A stretch of DNA of 17,444 nt from Candidatus Bipolaricaulia bacterium (GCA_046758705.1 JBHIAT010000067.1:1-17444), one strand, 5' to 3'; positions 9,194 through 16,971 are shown, counted from the first letter of the stretch. Translations and numbers: made by a program. The notes: a model not told the origin generated them from the sequence alone.

Positions 9194-10488
9194 AAAGTTT
9201 GCGTGTCGGAAACCCCGCACCTGGGTGCGGGGAGGAGACCCGCCAAGTCCGTTAGGACTTGCCTCCCACCCCCCTCCATGAGCTATAATTATAGCGCTAT
9301 GCCCGAAGTGACCAAGACTCTCAAAGTGAAACTTAACCCCGGAACCCAGGAAAAACGCGCCCTGGATGACACCATGCACCTGGTGAGTGAGGTCGCCAAT
9401 TATATCGCGAACGTGGCCCATGAAAACCGATGCTGGAATAAGGTCGCCCTGCATCACCTGACCTACTACGACGTGCGTGAGAAGTTTGCGCTTCCCGCCA
9501 ACTTGGCCTGTACCACCAGAGACAAGGTGGCCGAAGCCTGCAAGTCGGCCAAGACCAAGCGAAAGCGGAAATTCAGCCGATATACGCCCATCCGGCTGGA
9601 TGCCCGCACGTTTGGCATCTTGAAGGACGGCCGGGCTTCGATCTCGACGGTCCAAGAGCGCATCCGCGTCCATATGGAGATGGGTGACTGGCAGCGATCC
9701 GTCCTCAACACCTGGAAAGTGAACGGGGCTGCCGAAATCACCTACCGGAAACAGACGGATACTCACTATCTTCACATCGTCGTTAAGCGAAATGTGGATC
9801 CGCCCGAACCGACCGAACGGAACCGAACCGTCGGCGTGGATATGGGCATGTACAACCTGGCCACAACGAGTCACGGCCAGCAACATTCGGGTCATCAAGC
9901 CCATCAGATTCGTCGCCACCACCGAAACCTGCGCAGGCAACTCCTTTCCAAAGGCACACGGGGCAGTCGGCGTCTCGTGAAACGGCTTCGGGGGAAGGAA
10001 CGCAGGCAGGTGCAAGCGATCAATCATGTGATTAGCCGCCGCATTGTCGACTCCCTGGAACCCGGCGATACCCTCGTGTTGGAAGACCTGACCTACATCC
10101 GAGAACGGGTGAAGCCACGGAAAGAACAACGCGCTGATTTCCACGCGTGGCCGTTCAGGCAACTTCAACAGTTTATCGAGTACAAGGCCCTGGAGCGTGG
10201 AATTGCGGTGATCCACGTCGATCCCCGGGACACATCGAAGACCTGTTCTCGGTGTGGCCGTTATGGTTCTCGAAACGGCCATAAATTCTCCTGTTCCGCA
10301 TGTGATCATCGCAATCATGCCGATTTCAATGCGGCGTACAACCTTGTTCGGGTGGCGAGTGTGGCGCACCCGGCTGGGCCACGGTCAACTGGCCCCGAAG
10401 CAACGTCCGTTGACGCCGAAGCCCCGCCTTCGGGGAATTGAGGCCGAGGACGGTTGCAAGCCCCGGACCTTGGTCCGGGGTAGTTGAC
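9194..10488 (+). mobile_element. Non-autonomous IS200/IS605-family element (IS1341-like, tnpB only), 1295 bp, target TCAT
   Basis: Left hairpin CCCCGCAC-CTGG-GTGCGGGG (9213-9232) preceded by GAAA. Right hairpin CCCCGGAC-CTTG-GTCCGGGG (10461-10480) preceded by CAAG and followed by TAGTTGAC. No tnpA and no target duplication; removal restores an ORF. Confidence 0.9.
9299..10441 (+). CDS. tnpB: RNA-guided endonuclease TnpB (about 380 aa)
   Basis: N-terminal TLKVKLNP; RuvC-I VGVDMG, RuvC-II LVLEDL, Zn finger TSKTCSRC...FSCSAC, RuvC-III HADFNAAYNL; all three acidic catalytic residues present. Start ATG 9299 follows TATAAT (9284-9289). Confidence 0.96.
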   Translation: MPEVTKTLKVKLNPGTQEKRALDDTMHLVSEVANYIANVAHENRCWNKVALHHLTYYDVREKFALPANLACTTRDKVAEACKSAKTKRKRKFSRYTPIRLDARTFGILKDGRASISTVQERIRVHMEMGDWQRSVLNTWKVNGAAEITYRKQTDTHYLHIVVKRNVDPPEPTERNRTVGVDMGMYNLATTSHGQQHSGHQAHQIRRHHRNLRRQLLSKGTRGSRRLVKRLRGKERRQVQAINHVISRRIVDSLEPGDTLVLEDLTYIRERVKPRKEQRADFHAWPFRQLQQFIEYKALERGIAVIHVDPRDTSKTCSRCGRYGSRNGHKFSCSACDHRNHADFNAAYNLVRVASVAHPAGPRSTGPEATSVDAEAPPSGN

Positions 10489-10508
10489 TGAAGATCTTGC
10501 AAAAGAAC
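10349..10508 (+). ncRNA. Predicted TnpB omegaRNA (reRNA): scaffold to 10488 plus flank-derived guide TGAAGATCTTGCAAAAGAAC
   Basis: Stems CGGGTG/CACCCG (10349-10372), GGGCCA/TGGCCC (10376-10395), GCAACGTCC/GGACGGTTGC (10400-10457) enclosing CCCCG/CGGGG, and the right-end hairpin. Loop GTCAAC (10384-10389) is complementary to terminal GTTGAC (10483-10488). The 5' boundary and guide length are estimates. Confidence 0.72.
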
Positions 10509-11061
10509 AAGCTCTCCAGGAGATTGGTCTATAAAGTAGCCCGCTATCGGGCCAGGTATATGGTCAGCAAGATAGAACCATACCTCAATCAGCAGGACGA
10601 CATATTGGATATTGGAGCCGGAACTTGCACTATATGCGAGGCTTTACGGGAAAAAAGTTCAAGGTCACCCCTTTGGACGTTCAAAACTTGAGCTTCGTTG
10701 ATCAGATAGAACCAGTGATCTACGATGGCGATAATATGCTATTTGAGGATGACCGGTTTGATGTCGCATTGATCTTGACCGTCTTGCACCATACCCCTCA
10801 TCCCGAAAAAGTTATTAACGAAGCAAAGCGAGTTTCTAAAAGGATCGTCATCATTGAAGACATCTATATGAACTTCATCCAGAAGTATCTGACTTACTTT
10901 TTCGATAGTCTGTTGAATCTTGAGTTCACGGGGCATCCACACACCAATAAGAATGACCAGGAATGGAAGGCGCTGTTTGAACAGTTAGGATTGAAATTGA
11001 AAGATGCAAAGTACAAAAGATCGTTATTGCTGTTCAAAAATGTGACTTATCACCTTGAAAA

Positions 11062-12234
11062 ATGAAATGGCTCCAGATCTTCGAACAGAAGGCTCAACAA
11101 CACCACGATCTGTGGGCAGCAGCTGGGGTGCATTATATGGGGGCAGACATCTCCCTATTGCTGGGAGACCTGCAAAAAGCCGAGGAGTATGCGTATAGAG
11201 CACTCGAAACTGCAGAACGCGTGGGGGACAAAATCGGTATAGCCATGAGCCATTATCGAATTGATACGATCGCGCTTTGCCAGGGTTCTTGGAAACAGGC
11301 CACGGATGCGTTTCAGACGACCTCACAACTATGTGGAGAACTCGGTTCTCTGGAGAGCTGTGGAACTCGATCGGTTAATGAACGGATAACGCTTGCTTTA
11401 GGGCAAGTGTATCTGACGAACGGCAAACGACAGGAGGCGGTGAAGCAATTTGAACGGGTTATGACCCTGGCGAAACCCGATGATTCTGTGCTCGTTGACG
11501 CATTGAGCAGACTCGAAGAAGCGTATGACGATCCCGAAGCATTCCGTGCCTTTTGTCATCGCTTCCGAGAAGAACATCCCGAGATTGGTGACTCACCTTT
11601 CGTCCAGTGGTTTCTTGAAATGGCAGAAACTCGGGAGTTCTCGGAAACTCTCTTTCACGACGAGTTTGCAGAGTCGCTTTCGTCTTCATGGGTCTGGCAG
11701 GATCCATTTGATGACTGCTCGTTCACGGTGCATAGCGATCTGCAACTTCATGCCGCGAACGGGCGAGAACTCTGGCACACTAACCTGAGCGCTCCCCGCA
11801 TTTTACAGCCGGTTTCGGGAGATTTTTCGGTTCAGACGATCTGCGTGCCCGTCTCCAGAGGAAAACCTGCTATCGGTGGGATTTTGCTGTGGAAGGACAA
11901 GGAGAACTTCCTGCGGCTCGACAAAGGAACCCGAGGTACGGACGAAGTCTCGTTCATGGGATGCCTGGGGAACGAAGATGTGTTCATCGGACGCGGGCAC
12001 TTGGCTTGCGAGCGTGCCTTCCTGCGCCTGGAGCGGCTAGGAGGTCGCGTGAACGCCCTGTGTAGCGCAGACGGGGTGAACTGGTACACCGCCGGATCTG
12101 CGGGCTTTCTAGTTGAGAACCCGGTTAAGGTTGGTGTTTGCGCCATCGGCGCTATTGACCGCACCATCTATCACGGTGCTTACCCGGAAGGGACAGCGAT
12201 TCGGTTCGAGTCGTTCCAGTTGCGGGGGAGATAG
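11062..12234 (+). CDS. Tetratricopeptide-repeat protein with C-terminal concanavalin-like beta-sandwich (DUF1349-like); possibly N-terminally truncated
   Basis: TPR-like helices (LGDLQKAEEYAYRAL, LGQVYLTNGKRQEAVKQFERV), then FHDEF...WVWQDP, NLSAPRILQPVSGDF, LRLERLG, CSADGVNW. ATGA overlap with the methyltransferase stop. Confidence 0.7.
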   Translation: MKWLQIFEQKAQQHHDLWAAAGVHYMGADISLLLGDLQKAEEYAYRALETAERVGDKIGIAMSHYRIDTIALCQGSWKQATDAFQTTSQLCGELGSLESCGTRSVNERITLALGQVYLTNGKRQEAVKQFERVMTLAKPDDSVLVDALSRLEEAYDDPEAFRAFCHRFREEHPEIGDSPFVQWFLEMAETREFSETLFHDEFAESLSSSWVWQDPFDDCSFTVHSDLQLHAANGRELWHTNLSAPRILQPVSGDFSVQTICVPVSRGKPAIGGILLWKDKENFLRLDKGTRGTDEVSFMGCLGNEDVFIGRGHLACERAFLRLERLGGRVNALCSADGVNWYTAGSAGFLVENPVKVGVCAIGAIDRTIYHGAYPEGTAIRFESFQLRGR

Positions 12235-12287
12235 GGGTGTAGCACCGAGATCAACGGTCCAAACCGGATGATCGGGCTTAGGAATCA

Positions 12288-13337
12288 TCACTCTCGTATC
12301 GGAACGTACCCGCTTTCCTTGATAACTGCCTGGCCTTCCTCAGTGAGTAGCCAGTTTCGAAGTAGCACTGCGGTGCTATCTTGGGGCATACCTTCTCGTA
12401 TCACAGCATAGACCTCAGTCGTCAACGGGTAGCTGCTGTCCGCAATGCTGTCTGATGTTGGGCCCACTCCATCGACACCGATTAGCTTTACATACTCGCT
12501 GGGGAAAATGAACACTGCATAGTAATAAACAGAATAGCCTATGCCCAAAGAATCTTCACCGATGGCGTTTATCGGACCCATCATCGTCTCCAATATCATA
12601 TCTGGTGAATCTGTCATAGCGATGCCCTGCATCACTAGTGTTTCCATCAGCTCCTGGCTACCTGAGTTTCGATTCCTTTGGTACGTGTGAATCTCTTCCC
12701 CGGCACCGTCGCTTTGCTCTCCACCAGCCTTCAACTCTGACCAGTGTGTAATCTCTCCCGTGTAGATGTCTCGTATGGTTTCTAGCGTGAGATCATCCAC
12801 CGGGTTCTCGGCATTCACCAGAAACACGAAAGCGTCCAGAGCAACAGCTTGCACATCAAGCACAACTCCGCTTTCTCGAGCTGCCTGTAGTTCGTCCTCG
12901 GAAGGGAGTCGAGCCACCAGGATGAAATCAGCATTGCCCTCGATAAGGTTCACATATGCTCCATGTGTGCCGCTATGCCAAATGCTGTTTATCCGTTCCA
13001 CCAACTGGGGCGATTCCTCGAAGCTCAGGTCAGGAACCAGCCTTCTCGTCGTACCCAAAGCCCAGCTTTCCTGCCAGACGCATGGAACACCGAGAATTCT
13101 GCAGGCCAGAAGTACTTGCAGGGGATGTGCTGAAGTTGAACCATCAACGCTGGGATAATCAAGTGCAATCGGGGCAACTGATGAGGTGTGCGTTGGTGAA
13201 GGAGTTGGGGATGTAGGTAGCCGACCACAACTAGTGAGTAGCAATATGAACACCATAATAACCAGAAATGGAGGATACAGGCCCTGGTTTATTGTACAGA
13301 ACCAATCTCTACCACAAAAACCTTTCTTGCTTCTCAT
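12288..13337 (-). CDS. PstS-like phosphate/anion-binding lipoprotein (PBP superfamily); start uncertain
   Basis: Lipobox-like LLLTSC, Pro/Thr linker, VDGSTSAHP, GTHGAYVNL, ALDAFVFLVN, YQRNRNSGSQ, IGYS, SYPL, EGQAVIKESGY. Confidence 0.85.
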   Translation of the reverse strand: MRSKKGFCGRDWFCTINQGLYPPFLVIMVFILLLTSCGRLPTSPTPSPTHTSSVAPIALDYPSVDGSTSAHPLQVLLACRILGVPCVWQESWALGTTRRLVPDLSFEESPQLVERINSIWHSGTHGAYVNLIEGNADFILVARLPSEDELQAARESGVVLDVQAVALDAFVFLVNAENPVDDLTLETIRDIYTGEITHWSELKAGGEQSDGAGEEIHTYQRNRNSGSQELMETLVMQGIAMTDSPDMILETMMGPINAIGEDSLGIGYSVYYYAVFIFPSEYVKLIGVDGVGPTSDSIADSSYPLTTEVYAVIREGMPQDSTAVLLRNWLLTEEGQAVIKESGYVPIRE

Positions 13338-13413
13338 TATAGCGATGTGTGCCACTAGGCAACGTCAGCCTTGCCGAAGCAACTATACCACGCTTTGGCG
13401 GATCGCAGAAATC

Positions 13414-13590
13414 TCACGCCCCGGGGATCGGGCCGATCCCTGTCATCTTCACTGGTATGAAGCCTCCTTTGAGTGCCGAGCCGTGGATCAGCAGTCCGAT
13501 GAACCAGGGGCGTGTATGTTCCAAATAGACGTGGGCTGCGTCTATGACCGTCTGTCGTGCCTCAGGAACTAGGGGCGAGACGTCAATCAT
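13414..13590 (-). pseudogene. N-terminal fragment of a probable nucleotidyltransferase-fold protein
   Basis: SD GAGGAG plus ATG 13590. MIDVSPLVPEARQTVIDAAHVYLEHTRPWFIGLLIHGSALKGGFIP has the hGS-x3-G motif, but the expected SDxD does not follow and the frame stops after 58 aa. Confidence 0.55.
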
Positions 13591-13653
13591 CTCTCTGCTC
13601 CTCAAGGGATCGACTCGGACAGTATAGGTCGTTTGGGGGATAAAAGCTTGGTT

Positions 13654-14055
13654 TCATAAGGTTGAAATGCGCTCAACCACAAGCTGCGCATCTTCAAGAG
13701 ATATGTCTGCGAGTGAGGATAATCCTGAAACCTTATCATCGTAATCAGCTTGCCTTCGCCGGCCGCGAAGTCGATCCAGTAGCACACCAATTTCATAACC
13801 TATCTCATCATCATCTATATCTATATAACCCATCTCAGCTGCATCCATAAACCATCGGGGAACATCTTTATGGATCATCTCTCCAGGTACTTCGATTCCC
13901 CACTGATCCCGTAGGAAATTCCGCGCTGTGTTGAGTGCTGCGTAATAAGCCCGGCTAACGGCTGCCCGCAAGCAACCTTCCTGATAGTCACTTGTGGTAC
14001 TATGGCTCTCAAGATGCCTCGCCACAGCCAGATAGTCAGCCCATTGGAAACTCAT
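13654..14055 (-). CDS. HEPN-domain-like protein (UPF0332-like), putative toxin/RNase
   Basis: FQWADYLAVARHL, RAAVSRAYYAA, conserved H (MIHKDV) and LRGRRRQADYD; 133 aa, all-helical; ATGA overlap with the upstream gene. Confidence 0.8.
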   Translation of the reverse strand: MSFQWADYLAVARHLESHSTTSDYQEGCLRAAVSRAYYAALNTARNFLRDQWGIEVPGEMIHKDVPRWFMDAAEMGYIDIDDDEIGYEIGVLLDRLRGRRRQADYDDKVSGLSSLADISLEDAQLVVERISTL

Positions 14056-14498
14056 TCGAACTTCACATCGAAGTTAAGCCGTCCTTTAACCTGAGGAAGC
14101 TGCTTAAAATACCATTCATGGTCAAATCTCTGAAGTCGTTTCCCGGCTTCCTCAGGTGTCAGATCAATTGCAATATAGCCAAATAGCTCTACTAACCCTT
14201 GAACTTCGGGATCTGCAACGAGCTCTAGGAAGACTTCAGAATTGGATCCAAAGTGCTTCTGGATCTCGACGTAGGCTTCTTCTAAAAGATCTGTTAGAAA
14301 GGGGTACTTGCGAATGAACCCTGTCACCTTCATTACATCTTGGAAAATGAATAATCTCTCTAAACGACGAACTTTCGCTTCAAATGCACGTACGATAGAT
14401 GTTCCAATCACCTCTTCCCAAAGCTCTTCCACGCTCTCGTGTGTTGCCAGGCCCCTCCGGGATTCCCACTGCCTTGTAGCAGTTGCCAAGTAGCTCAT
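14052..14498 (-). CDS. Uncharacterised 148-aa protein, candidate antitoxin partner of the HEPN gene
   Basis: Coupled on both sides (TGATG at 14500-14496, ATGA at 14055-14052); SD GAGGAGGTG; acidic domain with LELVADPE and LQRFDHEW. Function inferred only from position. Confidence 0.7.
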   Translation of the reverse strand: MSYLATATRQWESRRGLATHESVEELWEEVIGTSIVRAFEAKVRRLERLFIFQDVMKVTGFIRKYPFLTDLLEEAYVEIQKHFGSNSEVFLELVADPEVQGLVELFGYIAIDLTPEEAGKRLQRFDHEWYFKQLPQVKGRLNFDVKFE

Positions 14499-15241
14499 CA
14501 GCTTTTCACCTCCTCGAAAAGTTCGCGGAGCTTATCAGTGATGCAGCCCTCAAAGACCTCCTCCACCCGAGCATGGGCGTTATCCACCCACTGAAACACG
14601 GTCTCCAGCTCCACCCCGTTAGGTTGTTGTAGAGAATAGTCGAGATCCAGAAGGATAGCGATTGTCTCGGGTTGCTCGGAGTTAACGTTGACTGATTGCA
14701 GTCGAAGGCTATCTCTGCTATCTTCGTAGGGGATGTCGACACCAACGATGAAGGCACCATGATCCCGTGGTAGCTTGGGTCCGAGAAATGGGTAGAAGGA
14801 AAAATAATCCTCTAATTCAACCCCCGGACCTGGAAACTCTATTCGATTAATGTAACGGAGACCGATCCGCTGGATGCCAGTCGGTTTAGCAACCTCGCAG
14901 TACATCTCAAATCCTCTTCGAATGAGTGGTAAAAAGCCTTTCCAAGTTGGATAGGGTTTTAAATGATTGACTGCTAAGAGATTTTGGTCTACTTGAATAA
15001 GAGCTTTTTCATCTTCTCGTAGGAACTGCATGCGATCAGCTGTGCGGACTTCCTGTTCGACCCCCTCTGCTCTGGAACGGAGGCCGACCTCAAACTGTTT
15101 AGCTTGGCGTCTCTTTGGAAACTCGTTTTGGAGTTCTTGATAAACAAGTCCCGGAATTGCCAAATCCCAGGGCGAACTTGGATCGAATCGGAACTCACAT
15201 ATTACTTCGATAATGGGCGGATTCCTGTACTTTCTTCCCAT
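14498..15241 (-). CDS. TIGR04255-like family protein (function unknown)
   Basis: N-terminal YRNPPIIEVICEFRF, YPTWKGF, RIGLRYINRI and LLDLD; 247 aa; SD AAGGAGGT. Confidence 0.85.
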   Translation of the reverse strand: MGRKYRNPPIIEVICEFRFDPSSPWDLAIPGLVYQELQNEFPKRRQAKQFEVGLRSRAEGVEQEVRTADRMQFLREDEKALIQVDQNLLAVNHLKPYPTWKGFLPLIRRGFEMYCEVAKPTGIQRIGLRYINRIEFPGPGVELEDYFSFYPFLGPKLPRDHGAFIVGVDIPYEDSRDSLRLQSVNVNSEQPETIAILLDLDYSLQQPNGVELETVFQWVDNAHARVEEVFEGCITDKLRELFEEVKS

Positions 15242-15473
15242 GGCGACCTCCTTACAATGCTACCTCAAGTTAACCTTGGGTTACAATGTACCAAGCCAAT
15301 GAGAACCGCCATTAGGTTTTCTCACTTTCTTTCTCCACTCCTCGTTCCTTTCTCCTCCTTATTCTTCCCCATCCTACCTCAATCTCAGATACCCGAACGC
15401 TGCAGTGCCAGCAGGCGGTCAGTTTGATCACTCAGCCCATTTTGTCCCTCTCAAGGTCTGAAGTCAATGACGG

Positions 15474-15502
15474 TTGACATCATCCTTGGGCGGTGATAGA
15501 GT
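15474..15502 (+). promoter_or_regulatory. Sigma70-type promoter of the sugar isomerase
   Basis: TTGACA(15474-15479)-17 nt-TAGAGT(15497-15502) with extended -10 TG at 15494-15495. Confidence 0.7.
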
Positions 15503-15542
15503 CAGACAGGAGCTGTTTTTCTCTATCAGAAAGGAGATACTG

Positions 15543-16961
15543 ATGGATCAACAAGCGACTTTCGGAGTGATCATCGGCAATCGAGGTTTCTTCCCTGACC
15601 AACTGGCCCAAGAGGGAAGAGAGGAAATCATCAAAGTCTTAGAGGAACAGGGCTTCGATGTCGTCATCCCCTCTCCCGATGAGACGAAATACGGTTGCGT
15701 GGAGAGTTGGGAGGACGCTCAGGCGTGTGCCAAACTCTTTACACAACACAAAGAGGAGATCGACGGCATCTTGGTCTCCCTACCCAACTTCGGGGACGAA
15801 AAGGCCGTCGCGACCACGCTCAGATTGGCCGACCTCGATGTGCCGGTCTTGATTCATGCTTATCCTGACGATTCTGATAACATGGTGCTAGGAAGACGAA
15901 GAGACTCCTTCTGCGGCAAGCTCTCGGTGTGCAATAATCTCACTCAGTACGGTATCCCGTTCACCTTAACCGACCTGCACACAGTGTCTCCTGAATCCCA
16001 GGCCTTTGCTGAAGATTTGAGCTCTTTTGCAAGCGTCTGCAACGTGGTTAAAGGTCTCAGGCGTGCCCGCATTGGTGCGATCGGGGCACGCCCTGCCGAC
16101 TTTAACACCGTCCGTTACAGCGAGAAGTTGCTTGAGTCCGTAGGAATATCGGTTGAAACGATTGACCTATCGGACGTTCTGGGCAAGATCGACAGATTGA
16201 GAGCCAATAACAAACGGGTGAAGGACAAACTCGAGGTCATCCGCAGTTACTACCCCTCAACGGGCGTTCCCGAAGAATCTCTGATGAAAATGGCCAAATT
16301 CGGGACGGTGGTCTCGAACTGGATCGAGCAGAATCAGTTAGACGGCGCTGCTATTCAATGCTGGACGGCACTTGAGGTCTACTACGGGATCGTCCCGTGT
16401 ACGGTCATGAGCATGCTGTCCGAATCCCTTATCCCCAACGCCTGTGAGGTCGACGTCACCGGCTCACTGTCGATGTACGCGCTTCAACTCGCCTCGGGGA
16501 GTCCGAGTGCGATCGTCGATTGGAACAACAACTTCGGCGACGATCCGAACAAAGCCGTGCTGTTCCACTGCAGCAATTTCCCGAAGAGTTTCTACAGGGC
16601 ACCCCAGATGAGTTTCCAAGATATCATCGCCGGGACGGTCGGCAAGGAGAACACCTTCGGCACCGCTGTGGGACAGATCAAAGAGGGGCCGATCACGTTC
16701 TTTCGGATGTCCACCGATGATATCAATGGGCAGATCAGCTGTTACGTCGGAGAGGGTGAGATCACCGAGGACGCCGTGAAAACCTTTGGGGGCTGGGGCG
16801 TGGCCAAGATCGATGACCTACAGGGGATGTTGAAATACATCTGTGAAAACGGTTTTGAGCACCACGTCGCCATCAACTACTCCCAAGTCGCGAGCGTGTT
16901 GGAGGAAGCCCTGAACAAATATTTGGGCTGGAGCGTTTACCATCACAATGGAGGGAGTTAG
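15543..16961 (+). CDS. L-fucose/L-arabinose isomerase family protein
   Basis: GNRGFFP, LPNFGDE, RRDSFCGKLS, IQCW, ACEVD, LFHCS and GFEHH. Start moved to ATG 15543 after SD AAAGGAG; the ORF-track TTG start is the -35 box. Confidence 0.92.
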   Translation: MDQQATFGVIIGNRGFFPDQLAQEGREEIIKVLEEQGFDVVIPSPDETKYGCVESWEDAQACAKLFTQHKEEIDGILVSLPNFGDEKAVATTLRLADLDVPVLIHAYPDDSDNMVLGRRRDSFCGKLSVCNNLTQYGIPFTLTDLHTVSPESQAFAEDLSSFASVCNVVKGLRRARIGAIGARPADFNTVRYSEKLLESVGISVETIDLSDVLGKIDRLRANNKRVKDKLEVIRSYYPSTGVPEESLMKMAKFGTVVSNWIEQNQLDGAAIQCWTALEVYYGIVPCTVMSMLSESLIPNACEVDVTGSLSMYALQLASGSPSAIVDWNNNFGDDPNKAVLFHCSNFPKSFYRAPQMSFQDIIAGTVGKENTFGTAVGQIKEGPITFFRMSTDDINGQISCYVGEGEITEDAVKTFGGWGVAKIDDLQGMLKYICENGFEHHVAINYSQVASVLEEALNKYLGWSVYHHNGGS

Positions 16962-16971
16962 TTAACTGTAC

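Larger units (their letters stand above)
9187..11065 (+). pseudogene. Class I SAM-dependent methyltransferase, interrupted by the IS after nt 7 and frameshifted at an A6 run (10651-10656)
   Basis: Joining 9193 to 10489 gives ATG TCA TTG AAG ATC TTG CAA AAG AAC, in frame with ORF 10497-10691 (motif I ILDIGAGTC). Adding one A to the A6 run joins ORF 10625-11065 (FEDDRFDVALILTVLHH). Reconstruction is 194 aa; SD-like GAGGT at 9174-9178. Confidence 0.85.

Noticed and set aside
9185-10369. 394-aa antisense ORF opposite tnpB
   Set aside because: Lies almost entirely over tnpB, has no recognisable motif, and crosses the IS left boundary; most likely a shadow frame.
9299-10441. Possibility that TnpB is a nuclease-dead TldR-type repressor or a Cas12f with a CRISPR array
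   Set aside because: All three RuvC acidic residues are present, transposon ends are intact, and I found no repeat-spacer array.
9194-10488. Possibility of an IStron (self-splicing intron-IS hybrid), since the element is inside a gene
   Set aside because: Only about 105 nt precede tnpB, too little for a group I intron core, and the element ends in C rather than a terminal G.
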